Assembly (NCBI RefSeq): GCF_006345805.1
Contig: NC_043014.1
Location: forward strand, 12,152,001-12,216,000
Reading direction: 5' to 3'
DNA: 64,000 nucleotides
Source of the DNA: Octopus sinensis
Lineage: Eukaryota
This document shows, piece after piece, positions 51,311 to 64,000 of the stretch. Position numbers and translations under genes: made by a program. Within the stretch, counting starts at the first letter, position 1, and each line of letters begins with the position of its first letter. Under the pieces are notes generated by a model. It ran no database searches, was not told the origin of the DNA, and worked only from the letters and a program-made list of their open reading frames with translations.

Positions 51311-52268
51311 TGTATGTATGTATGTATGTATGTATGTATGGATGGATGGATGGATGGATGTATGGATGTATGTATGGATGTATGGATGTATGCATGTATG
51401 TATGTATGTGTGTGTGTATGTATGTAAGTATGTATGGATGTATGTGTATGTGTGTGTGTGTATGTATGTATGTATGGATGTATGGATATATGGATGTATG
51501 GATGTATGCATGTATGTATGGATGTATGTATGAATGTATGTATGTATGTATGTATGTATGTATGTGTGTGTGTGTGTATGTATGGATGTATGTATGTATG
51601 TGTGTATGTATGTATGTATGTATGTATGTATGTATGTATGTATGTATGTATGTATGGATGTATATATGTATGTATGTATGCATGCATGCTTGTGTGTATG
51701 CATGCTTATATGTATGTATTATATGATATATGCATGTATGTATGCACGTATATATGTATTCGTGTATGTATGCATATATATATATATGTATACTCTTTTA
51801 CTCTTTTACTTGTTTCAGTCTCATTTGACTGCAGCCATGCTGGAGCATTGCCTTTACTCGAGCAAATCGACTCCAGGACTTATTCTTTGTAAGCCTAGTA
51901 CTTATTCTATCGGTCGCTTTTGCCGACGTAAACACACCAGCATCGGCTGTCAAGTGATGTTGTGGGTATGTAATGTATGTATGCATGTATAGATCTATGT
52001 ACGTTGTGTCCTTGAGCAAGACACTTTATTCCACGTTGCTCCAGTTTACTCAACTGGCAAAAATGAGTTGTACTCTTATTTCAAAGAACCAGCCTTGTCA
52101 CATTCTGTGTTCTGCTGAATCTGCCTGAGAGTTACGTTAAGGGTGTCCATGGCTGTGGAGTGCTCAACCACTCGCACGTTAATGTCACGACCTGGCTCTT
52201 CTATTGATTAAATCAACAAGGAACCCTCGTCGTAGTAACCGACAGGATGCCAGTTATGTTCTCTTCTA

Positions 52269-52832
52269 TTGGTTTGTCCGGAAAGTTTGTGCCGATTTAT
52301 AGTAGCTTACCTTTCGACTTATTTTAGAACATGGTTGAGTCCATAAAATAGGATTTGACTACACCTCCATTTAGAGCACAGTTTAAGCTATCTTTTCGTG
52401 AAAGAAGGTTTATGTTCCTATAACCTGTGTTAATTCTGTAACCCTTTAAAATGGAAGATAAGAAAGTTCATTTTCGGCATTTGATGCTTTGGGAACCAGA
52501 CAAAAATTGCTGCAGCTCGGCTGGGATGTGTTACCCCACCCTCTATATTCAACAGATATTGCTCCTTCGGATTTCCACTTATTCAGGTCTCTGCAGAATA
52601 GTGTTAATGGTAAAAATTTCAATTCCTTGATAACGTAAAAAGCTACCTTGATGAATTCTTTGCCATGAAACCACCTCAATTCTGGGAAGAGGGTATTTTT
52701 ACGTTAAGGGAAAGATGGAGACGCATTGTGCAACAAAATGGTTCATATTTGGTTGATTAAAAATGTAATGGCATGTATTTATTGACCTTTTTCTTTCCTT
52801 AAAAATCGGCACGGACTTTCCGGACAACCCAA
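52269..52832 (+). mobile_element. Internally deleted mariner element, copy 2
   Basis: Same TIRs, TA TSD and deletion junction as 12447-13012. Confidence 0.92.
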
Positions 52833-53348
52833 TATTTCTAACTATTTAAAGTTTTCCTGTAAGGAAGGAGCGCAATTTCAGCAATGGTACAAAGTTCCAT
52901 CGTTGTAATATAGATAACGAGATCAAATTCATATTCTAAACTTGAGAAAAGGCTTGCATATCTTTACTGTTACAATTACAAATTGTATTTTACTATGCGA
53001 GCCAAGTGGATGATATCATTTTGTGAAACCCTAGCTTAACCTGCTTGTCAGTTAGGCATTTACTAGCAAAACCAAGCGTACTAATTATTATTGGTATAAT
53101 TGGGAATTTATACTCTGGATAATGAAGCAGAAGATTTCGAAGTAGTTACTCTTTACTCTTTTTACTCTTTTACCTGTTGCAGTCATTTGACTGCGCCCAT
53201 GCTGGAGCACCACCTTTAGTCGAGCAAATCGACCCCGGGACTTATTCTTTGCAAACCTAGTACTTATTCTAACGGTCGCTTTTGCCGAACCGCTATATTA
53301 CGAGGACGTAAACACACCAGCATCGGTTGTCAAGCGATGTTGGGGGGA

Positions 53349-53399
<51 letters not shown>

Positions 53400-54100
53400 G
53401 CATATACATATATGCGACGGGTTTCTTTTAGTTTCCGTCTACCAAATCCACTCAAAAGGCTTTTGTCGGCCCGAAGCCATACTAGAAGTCACTTGCCCAA
53501 GGTGCCACGCAGTGGGACTTATCCATTTTCTGTTTGATTTTCAAAGATATTCACGTCGGCAGGGCAGCTGATATCTGTGACGGTATACATGCTTGCACGT
53601 ACATTTGTATGTTTGCATATATGTGTGCCTGTTTGTGTGTGTGTGTGTGGTGTGTGTGTGTGTGTGCGTGTGTGTGTGTGTGGTGTGTGTGTGTGTGTAT
53701 GTGTGTGTGTGTGTGTGTATGTGTGTGTGTGTGTGTGTGTGTACGTGTGTGTGTGTGTGTGTGTGTAAAATAGGGTAGCCGTCACTCGCAAGCGAGCATG
53801 ATATTGAACCAAGTACCCTGCTTCTGCTAATTGTTTTAGGTAACTATGTTTCCACGGGGCCCTGTCGGTTGTTCAACCTTTGATCCTGCGGAAGATCGTA
53901 GATGTGACAACTGAAGGGAGAGAGGTCAGCACCGGTACTAGGTTTGGACTCATTTTCAATTAAGTAAGATGGAAAAGCATAAAATAAGGAACCGTGCTGA
54001 AGGCCACAATGCATCGCCCTACCCAGGAATTGAACACGAGAATTTATAGTCGTGAAGCCAAAACCTTAACCACCTGACAATATACGTATATGTCTGCCTG

Positions 54101-54167
<67 letters not shown>

Positions 54168-54484
54168 GTTTGTCTGTCTGTCTGTCTGTCTATCTAACTG
54201 TCTAACTGTCTATCTATCTATCCGTCTGTCTGTATGTCTAACTGTCTGTCTGTCTGTCTGTCTAACTGTCTATCTATCTATCCGTCTGTCTGTCTGTCTG
54301 TCTGTCTAACTGTCTATCTATCTATCTGTCTGTCCGTCTGTCTAACTGCCTATCTATCTGTCTGTCTGTCTAACTGTCTATCTATCTATCTATCTATCTG
54401 TCTGTCTGTCTGTCTAACTGTCTATCTATCTGTCTGTCTGTTTAACTGTCTATCTATCTATCCGTCTGTCTGTCTGTCTCTCAG

Positions 54485-54515
<31 letters not shown>

Positions 54516-55215
54516 GTCTATCTATCTATCTTTCTATCTATCTATCTGTCTATCTATCTATCTTTCTATCTATCTATCTGTCTATCTATATTTATGTTTG
54601 TATACAAGCTTGTGTGTATGTGTGTGTGAATATATGTGTATATGTGCGTGTGCGTGCGTGTGTGTGTGATAACGATAATAAAATACACTTGTTTATGATG
54701 TATATTAACTGTACACAAATTATGCTCATAATTCAGTCACGTACTAACATTCTTACAGCACGGGTATATATGTGTGTATGAGTGCATGTGTGTAAGTGTG
54801 TGTGCGTGTGTTCGCGCGCACGCATACGTGGGTGGGTGTGCGTGCGCATGCGTATATGGCTGGTTGTGCGTGCGCGTGCGTACTTATATAATTTGCATGT
54901 CGCTTCCCTTCGACATCTGTGTTAGGTACGCTTTTAAATGTTAGCTAGATTATTTTTTTTTTTTGCTCTGGAATATTGAATTGCGTATGTCCAAACCTTT
55001 CTAGGTCTACCTGACCTAAACCGGCAGATGAGAGGAAACAAAATACAGTCTAGACAAGATTGCAGATAACTGTGTTACAGCAAACAAATACAGGAACATG
55101 ATGTACAAAAAAAAACCCCAACAAACTAAACAATACTAATATGTGTACGTTTGTCTATAAAAGCATACTACATACGCACATTTTTATGTGTATATCTCTC
55201 TGTTTGTCTGTTTAC

Positions 55216-55330
<115 letters not shown>

Positions 55331-55410
55331 CTATCTAGATATGTAGGTATACACGCATTCGTGTGTATCTGAGATAGTCAGAAAAGGATATATTGTATAT
55401 CTTTGTATAT

Positions 55411-55483
<73 letters not shown>

Positions 55484-55654
55484 AATATATTATGTATATT
55501 ATATGTATATATATGTATATATATATATGTATGTAATATTATATGTATGTATGTAAATATATATATATGTATGTATAAATATATTGTATGTATGTAAATA
55601 TATATATATGTATATATATATGTATATATATATGTATATATATATATATGTATG

Positions 55655-55720
<66 letters not shown>

Positions 55721-55723
55721 TGT

Positions 55724-55764
<41 letters not shown>

Positions 55765-56545
55765 TGTATATATATATATGTATATATATATATGTTATAT
55801 ATATATATGTATATATATATGTATATATATATATGTATGTATATATATATGTATATATATACATGCATGCATAAACAAATATACGTATATATATATGCAT
55901 GCATATGTATATATACACACGCATACGTAAACACATATAAGAATACATTACATATACATACATACATATATATATATACACATAGACACACGCATATACA
56001 TGTATACATACATATACATGTATATACATACATATATATACATAAACATATATATATATATATACACACACATACATATGCACATATATAACATGCTTTA
56101 TATAAATATACAGCGATATACATTATGTATATATATATACATTATATATATATTATATATCTATATAATATATAATATATATATATATATTATTATATAT
56201 ATATGTATGTGCGCGCGCGCGCGGCTGTGAGTACGTATGTATGTATGTATGTAGGTATGTGTATTCATCTTTATGCGGAAAGACACCGACTAGAATATTT
56301 GACTGCATTTATTCGAGAAGCGATGTTTCCAACTGTCTGCTGCGAATTCAGTCAGTAAGTCACTGACATTTTCAAATGAGGAGATTTTTTTTTCGCAGTC
56401 TATTCTCGAAAAAACGACAGTATTAAATTGTTAAATTTTGTACTCAATTTTCGAGTCTAAAATATAGAGTTAAAAATAAAATAGTACATGCAAAATACAC
56501 AATACAATTTTATAAAAATACCATGGTAAACAATGGCGACAGCAA

Positions 56546-56907
56546 GGAGGCGCAAAGGCCCAGTGGTTAGGGCAGCGGACTCGCGGTCGGAGAATCACGG
56601 TTTCGATTCCCAGACCGGGCGTTGTGTGTGTTTATTGAGCGAAAACACCTAAAGCTCCACGAGTCACCGGCAGGGGGTGGTGGCGACCCCTGTTGTACTC
56701 TTTCACCCCAACTTTCTCTCACTCTTTCTTCCTGTGTCTTGTCCCCGACTTCCTACGCAACCGCTGAGCCTGGATGCGCATTCATCCATCCGTCGATACT
56801 CTCGGTGTCGGGGGTTGACCTGCTTTCTCTTCTGCGGGTCTTACGAATAGCAAAGGACTACGTTTCGGACTTCTCCCACTAATGGGACGAAGACCGCTTC
56901 GCTCAAC
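56546..56907 (+). mobile_element. SINE family C with tail type iii
   Basis: C head and body to ...CTCTTTCTTCCTG, then a tail (TCCCCGACTTCCTACGCAACC...) not seen on other copies. Confidence 0.75.
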
Positions 56908-57119
56908 AAAAAAACCCCCAAAAAACAATAGCGACAACAACTACATCAGTAACAATCCCCAGTAAAGGACGACAACAACATCATCTGCGGCAGCAACAGG
57001 GGCAGCAGCCGTGGCAGCAATGAAATAGTAAATACGATGAGGTTAGGAAAATTGGTAAAAGTATGGATTCTGGGAACTTTGAAGTAAGTTTATTTAGTTA
57101 TTTAGCTAATACATATAGA

Positions 57120-58335
57120 TTCTTTTCTATTATAGGCACAAGGCCTGAAATTTATAGGAGAGGGTAGGTCGATTTATCGAACCCCAATGTTTCACTGGTA
57201 CTTAATTTATCGACCCCGGAAGGATGAAGAGCAAAGTCGACTTCGGCAGAATTTGAACTCAGAACGTGGCGACGGGAGAAATTCCGCTAAGCATTTCGTC
57301 CAGCTCGCTAACGATTCTTATTTCTTTATTGTCCACAAGGGGTTAAACATAGAGGGGACAAACAAGGACAGACAAAGGGATTAAGTCGATTACATCGACC
57401 CCAGTGCGTAACTGGTACTTAATTTATCGACCCCGGAAGGATGAAAGGCAAAGTCGACCTCGGCGGAATTTGAACTCAGAACGTAGCGACGGAAGAAATC
57501 CCGCTAAGCATTTCGTTCAGCTCGCTAACGATTCTTATTTCTTTATTGTCCACAAGGGGTTAAACATAGAGGGGACAAACAAGGACAGACAAAGGGATTA
57601 AGTCGATTACATCGACCCCAGTGTTTCACTGGTACTTAATTTATCGACCCCGGAAGGATTAAAGGCAAAGTCAACCTCGGCGGAATTTGAACTCAGAACG
57701 TAGCGACGGAAGAAATACCGCTAAGCATTTCGTCCAGCTCGCTAACGATTCTTATTTCTTTATTGTCCACAAGCGGTTAAACATAGAGGGGACAAACAAG
57801 GACAGACAAAGGGATTAAGTCGATTACATCGACCCCAGTGCGTAACTGGGAGAAATACCGCTAAGCATTTCGTTCAGCTCGCTAACGATTCTTATTTCTT
57901 TATTGTCCACAAGGGGTTAAACATAGAGGGGACAAACAAGGACAGACAAAGGAATTAAGTCGATTACATCGACCACAGTGTTTCACTGGTACTTAATTTA
58001 TCGACCCCGGAAGGATGAAAGGCAAAGTCGACCTCGGCGGAATTTGAACTCAGAACGTAGCAGCAGACGAAATATGGCTAAGCATTTCGTCAAGCGCGCT
58101 AACGATTCTATCAGCTCACTGCCGTTGCTAATACACATATATTTATTTGTACTCTAGGGGGAGGAGGCCAGTCGATTAGATCGACTCCAGTATACAACTG
58201 GTACTTATTTTATCGACTCCGAAAGGATAAAAGGCAAAGTCGACCTCGGCTTTAAACTCAGAACGTAGCGACGGGCGAAATACCGCTAAGCATTTCGTTC
58301 AGCACGCTAACGATTCTTCCAGCTCACCGCCGTTG
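57120..58335 (-). mobile_element. Family A SINE array (about 6 units)
   Basis: About 217-bp units joined at AAAGAAATAAGAATCGTTAGCG. Confidence 0.88.
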
Positions 58336-58392
58336 CTGATACACATATATTGACGGCGGTGCTGTGGTCATATTGAAAGAAATAAAAAAAGA

Positions 58393-58426
<34 letters not shown>

Positions 58427-58428
<2 letters not shown>

Positions 58429-58630
58429 CCTCGTGTGTACCGTTGGCGATTTTTTTCCCTCTGTCTCCCCTTCTCTGGATCTTTCCTTCTCCTATGTTCC
58501 CGACGAAGAGCTCCGCTCGAAACGTTAACCCTCCTTCTTGCCTTCTTTCCTGAGCATCCAATAATACTATATTTGTTCCACGTCCTCGCGTTGTTGTGTT
58601 TTTTGTGTGTTTTCTTGTTTGGATTAACTA
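58427..58630 (+). mobile_element. Penelope-like pseudo-LTR fragment in (TA)n with a degenerate minimal hammerhead motif
   Basis: CCGACGA-A-GAGC-TCC-GCTC-GAAAC-GTT at 58500-58526; flanked on both sides by (TA)n. Confidence 0.5.
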
Positions 58631-58680
58631 TATATTTAATATATACATACATACATATATATAATATATATATATATTAT

Positions 58681-58725
<45 letters not shown>

Positions 58726-60426
58726 AGGCATAACTAATGGTCGACCTTTATTTATGCTTTGTTTTGTATATCGCTCTGTATAAAAACCAGTATAACTGGA
58801 GCACACGGTGATGAACTATAACCTCGGACCCTGTCACAAGAATACGCGAAGCTCTTTATTAATCTAAACAATACTATTAGACAGCTTATAAAAGTATTTT
58901 GCCCAGATTGGTAATTCCCCACTCATAACTCTGTTATATATATATCAATAATATATAAATATATGCATATATACATACATATATGTACATACCTACATAT
59001 ATATGTATATATACATGCATATATGGGTACAGGACATCAAAAACTTTGAACACAATGAGAAACGAAAGCATAAAAACAAAAACATAGAAACGAACTTTTT
59101 TCCAACAACGAAAAAACAAACAAACAGAGAAACGAGACATACAACATAAAGAATATTTCCCTTCTCTTCACTTGTCCCTGTTTTCTCTACTCTGCGGTCG
59201 AAGGCAAGGACAGTACGCGACTTCATTGAAACAGTCGTTCCCGTAAAGCAAATTGAATAAAATTTTGGATCTTTTGCGGAGGGTGAAAGTGGTAGCAAGA
59301 GCAGGACAGTGAGAACAAAACAATAAAAACAAACGGTGAGGGCTGTTAAGCCAAGACGATAGAAAAATTATTATGAACGCTAGGAAGACAAGCTTATGAA
59401 GGAGAAAATGGAACCAAAACGCAATAGAGGGCATTAAAACGTTCGGACAGATAGACGACACAAAGGCGGACAAGAGAAACAACAATTAGAAGGAAAGTCG
59501 GGTCATTCTTCGCTTTCTTTCATCAGTCAAATATCAGAAGTCACGACCGTTTCGGACAGTTACACTTGAGATGGTCCGATCTAGTTGTCCCCCAAAAAAG
59601 TCTTAAGCTAAGAGCATTCGACCCCTTTGTAAGAAAGCTAGCGAATGTGTACGGCAACAAAGACGAAACAAAAAACAAACAAAAACGGAGAACATGGTAC
59701 ACAATTACGAATACAACAACAAGAAATAACAACAGGCGTCTTTCGGCTGAGAACGATTCAAATTGAGCTGGCGTGTATGACGTAAATGCCTAAAAGGCAG
59801 GAACATGGGAGATGGACACAAGACGTGTTGACGATCGGCAATCTCTTAAATTTTCTACTCATACTGGCGTGCAGCCTTGAAGGCTTTAGTCGAATTTATC
59901 GACTGCGGTATTACTTTTTAAAGTCTGGTGTTTATATGAAAAAAATTATGAAGAAGTAAACAATTGTGTCCTTCCTTTTAAATGACAATAGGGTGTGAAT
60001 TCGAGGCGTCTTCCGTCTCAATACGTTTTGCGTTCAAATTCCGTTCAGGTCGCTTTTACTTTTTGTCCTTTAGGAGATCGATAAAAGAATCACCAGTCAG
60101 GTACTGGGATCGATGTAATCCACTAGACCCCTCCCTCAATATTTCCGATCTTGGGACTATAGGAAAAAGTTAAAAGAAAAAAAGGATCTTCGAAAGAGTC
60201 CGATATAATAAGTACTAGGCTTACAAAAAATAAATCCAGGGGTCGATTCGTTCGACTAAAGGCGGTGCTCTAACATGGCCTCAGTAAAGTGACTGAAACA
60301 AGTAAAAGAATATTTTTCATTTTTATCGTATTTTTTGGAAAAAGATACAGTTCGAATGAGAAAAGGGAAGTCGACTTACGCACCAAGGCGACTTTCTATG
60401 TGAAATCCAGAAGTAGTTTGAAAGAT

Positions 60427-61053
60427 ATTCTTTTCTTTTCTACTCTAGGCACAAGGCCCGAAATTTTTGGGGAGGGGCCAGTCGATTAGATTGACCCCAG
60501 TACGCAACTGATAGTTAATTTATCGACTCCAAAAGGATTAAAAGCAAAGTCGACCTCGGCGGAATTTCCACTCAGAACGTAAAGACAGACGAAATACCTA
60601 TTTCTATTTCTTTACGCCCGGATTACTAACGTTTCTTGTTTCTTTACTGCTCACAAGGGGCTACACACAGAGGGGACAAACAAGGACAAACAAACGGATT
60701 AAGTCGATTACATCGATCCCAGTGCGTAATTGGTACTTAATTTATCGGCCCCGAAAGGATGAAAGGCAAAGTCGACCTCGGCGGTATTTGAACTCAGAAC
60801 GTAGCGGTAGACAAAATACCTATTTCTTTATTACCCAGAAGGGGCTAAACATAGAGGGGACAAACATGGACAGACAAACGGATTAAGTCGATTACATCGA
60901 CCCCAGTGCGTAACTGGTACTTAATTTATCGACCCCGAAAGGATGAAAAACAAAGTCGACCTCGGCGGAATTTGAACTCAGAACGTAACGGTAGACAAAA
61001 TACCGCTAAGCATTTCGCCCGGCGTGCTAACGTTTCTGCCAGCCCGCCGCCTT
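60427..61053 (-). mobile_element. Family A SINE trimer
   Basis: Three cores; the 3'-most unit ends in the CCTTGTGCCTAGAGTAGAAAAG tail. Confidence 0.85.
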
Positions 61054-61414
61054 CGTTTCTGCCAGCTGACCGCCTTAGTATTTTGAAAGAAATTGATGGT
61101 GTTTGAATGTTTACGCTACATAATTATACTATATATACTACGTTAATTGTATGCAGGAAGATATAGTATCAAGCGCGTTGTAGTTCGCTTGAAGCATTGT
61201 AACATCGAAGAAGGGAAAATTTAAGGAAATTGAAAGATTCCGACAATGCGGAATGTTTCACAAAAACTTTATATTTTAGGGTCAATGGCCCATCTTCAGA
61301 AGAAAAAACAGCTTGGGAAATGTCCAGTATTAAACCTCTCACTAATTCGTTGGCATGATGTTATAAATGAAACAATTTTCGGCACAATTACGATACGATT
61401 GTTCAGACACACAT

Positions 61415-61455
<41 letters not shown>

Positions 61456-61539
61456 TGTGTGTGTTCATGCATGTGTTTATTCTCGTTGTCGTCGGCTGCT
61501 TGTCGTAGGTCGACGTTGTTCTGTTTAGAACTTATCTGA

Positions 61540-61860
61540 ACAAAATCCTTATGGACGGTAAGGCAGCTGGTGTCTCCCTACCTCGTACCAGACTGCCTCT
61601 CTGGGCCTCTACACCAAATACCAAATGGTGTACAAGAGTGCAACGAGCATGGACGACGATGAGGCTGCCGCATAGTAGCAGTTCACTTGTTAGTTGACAC
61701 CCAATCGTTGTCTGATGGTTCAAACCTTCCGTTTGGCCGCAATAACTTTCAAACCGTTGTCACGGGCTCCTCCTTTCATGTTGGTTATCCAACGTCCTGC
61801 TGCTGACGTCTTAACCGTATACCCGGCACAGAATGTTAAGGTGTTGCTAGCACTTGCCCA
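61540..61860 (-). pseudogene. Possible decayed RTE-type reverse transcriptase fragment
   Basis: GLKVIAAKRKV (compare GLKVN..KTKV) followed in another frame by LCGSLIVVHARC (compare C..WVHKRC); very degenerate. Confidence 0.35.
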
Positions 61861-61998
61861 AGAAGTCACCCCTGTCTACGAACTTATTCTCCCTTTTAAG
61901 GCATGCTACTGATGTCTTTGCGGTATTCTAGTGTCTTCTACGCAAAGCAAAATGTGTTTCAATGCAGCTACGTTGCTACATATGACCGCACTAAAATA

Positions 61999-62563
61999 TA
62001 GGGTTGTCCGGAATGTTCGTGCCGATTGTTAAAGGAAAGAAATAGGTCAATAAATACTGGCCATTACATTTTTAATCAACCAAATATGAACCATTTTGTT
62101 GCACAGTGCGTCTCCATCTTTCCTTTAACTTGAAAATACCCTCTTCCCAGAACAGAGGTGGTTTCATGGCAAAGAATTCATCAAGGTATCTTTTTACGTC
62201 ATCCAAGGAATTGAAATTTTTACCATTAAGACTATTCTGCAGAGACCTGAATAAGTGGAAATCCAAAGGAGCAATATCTGGTGAATATGGAGGGTGGGGT
62301 AACACATCCCAGCCAAGCTGCAGCAATTTTTGTCTGGTTTCCAAAGCATCAAGTGCCGAAAATGAACTTTCTCGTCTTCCATTTTAAAGGGTTACAGAAT
62401 TAACACAGGTTATAGGAACATAAACCTTCTTCCACGAAAAGATAGCTTATACTGTGCTCTAAAGGGAAGTGTAGTCAAATCCTATTTTATGAACTCAACC
62501 ATGTTCTAAAATAAGTTGAAAGGTAAGCGACTATAAATCGGCACGAACTTTCCGGACAACCCA
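61999..62563 (-). mobile_element. Internally deleted mariner element, copy 3
   Basis: Same TIRs and TA flanks; ORF 62072-62344 reads LGWDVLPHPPYSPDIAPLDFHLFRSLQNSL...WEEGIFKLKERWRRTVQQNGSY. Confidence 0.92.
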
Positions 62564-62978
62564 TACTTAGATTCACAGACCTACGACAAACGACACATCT
62601 TCTGACACACAGCACCAATCGTCTTCGCATCACTTCTCGCTTGTTTTTCTTGGCAAAAACTTTCACCCCCGCCTCTCTCTCTCTTCTCCTTTTTCTACTT
62701 TCCTTATTCTTCACTGTCCGATTTTGTATATATCGTTTAGTTTTTGTTCCCAGTTCACCCCTCCCCCCCCCCCTCTCCTCCATAATTATCACGTTGGTCA
62801 TAACCAGGTCAAGAGGACTAGGAAATGAATTGAACCCAATCACGCAGTTCATTTTGTTTGCGTGAGTGTATATATTACGTGTGTGTGTGTGTGTGTGTGC
62901 GTGTATGTGTGTGTGTGTTTCTTTTGTTTGCTTGTGTGTATATGTGAAGGGGATGAATCTGTGTGTCTATACATGCGT

Positions 62979-63012
<34 letters not shown>

Positions 63013-64000
63013 GTATATATATATACAACACACACACACATATACACATATATATACACACACACATACAATACATGTGTATACATAAGTATATATGTAT
63101 ATGTATATATACATATATATGAATATATGTATGTGAGTATGTGTGTATATATATACGCACACAAATATATCCATATATATATGTACATATACAGACGCGC
63201 ACACACAGACACAGACACACACACACATATATATATATACGCGTGCAAATGTGTGTGTGTGTGTGCGTGCGTGCGTGTGTGTGTATGAGTGTTCATTTGT
63301 TGATGCTGTGTCCTTGTGTATATATTTCTGTCGCCTCTCTTCACGAGATGTCTTTAATGACTGCACATCCGATTGTAAGAGAAAGAGGAATGTTGATTAT
63401 ATGAATAGGGTGGGATACGGGTATGTGGCAAGTAAGGGGTAGGGTGGTTGTAACACGTGACTCTGTATTAAGTATATGTTGTAAAACCAATGCTGTCATT
63501 AACCACTCTATTGTTGCTGCATAAACCTAACAGACCTATAATCGATGGCGTTCCAGCCGTGACCATCTTGTCTTTTCTTTTATTAAACGCAGTGTATCCA
63601 GGATTAAATTTCAACGAATGTATTTTATCTTTTTTTTTTTAAACAATTGAATGTGATTTGAAGGAGATGAAACTGCTATTTCTAGCACATTGTATGACCA
63701 CTTGTAGCCTCCCTTATTTGATCGTTTACGTAAATTGTAATGTAGTGTCTACATGTTCTTGTGGTTTTGTTCCGATTCATAAATGCTGCATCATGGCCTT
63801 GTCATTGTCTGTAAAAGACGGTGGAATTGGCAGAAAAAGTAGCGTTCTTAGTGAAGTAGATCCCTGCTTAAAGACATTCCAACAGTGACCATTACATGTT
63901 TTTATGTGATAATGGTCACCGTGTTTCAGATATAGTGTATCTACATCAACTGAAGGCGCGTGGACCAGAGGTTAAGACGCACTCAGGATCGTGAGATCGA

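Overview
AT-rich, repeat-saturated animal genomic DNA. The SINE families and very dense (TA)n/(CATA)n/(TATC)n microsatellites resemble octopus (coleoid cephalopod) DNA; this is an inference. Nearly all ORFs in the supplied track are microsatellite or SINE artefacts. The real protein-coding signal is absent from the track because the exons are short. Two minus-strand exons (37869-37971 and 31608-31751) splice in phase and encode the C-terminal half of a WIF domain of the WIF1/Shifted type. A third phase-compatible candidate exon (22561-22685) would end the protein without EGF repeats. I could not find the upstream exons in the window, and there is a 100-N gap at 39683-39782. The rest is transposon debris: four tRNA-like SINE families (labelled A-D here) with shuffled tails and multimers, several Tc1/mariner derivatives, GGATC-ended MITEs with 8-9 bp TSDs, a Helentron-type HINE, RTE LINE remnants, Penelope-like minimal hammerhead motifs, a decapitated tRNA-Glu fused to a SINE, a 25-bp minisatellite and a cryptic ancient 30-bp repeat. 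Only representative SINE and microsatellite copies are listed, and their boundaries are approximate.
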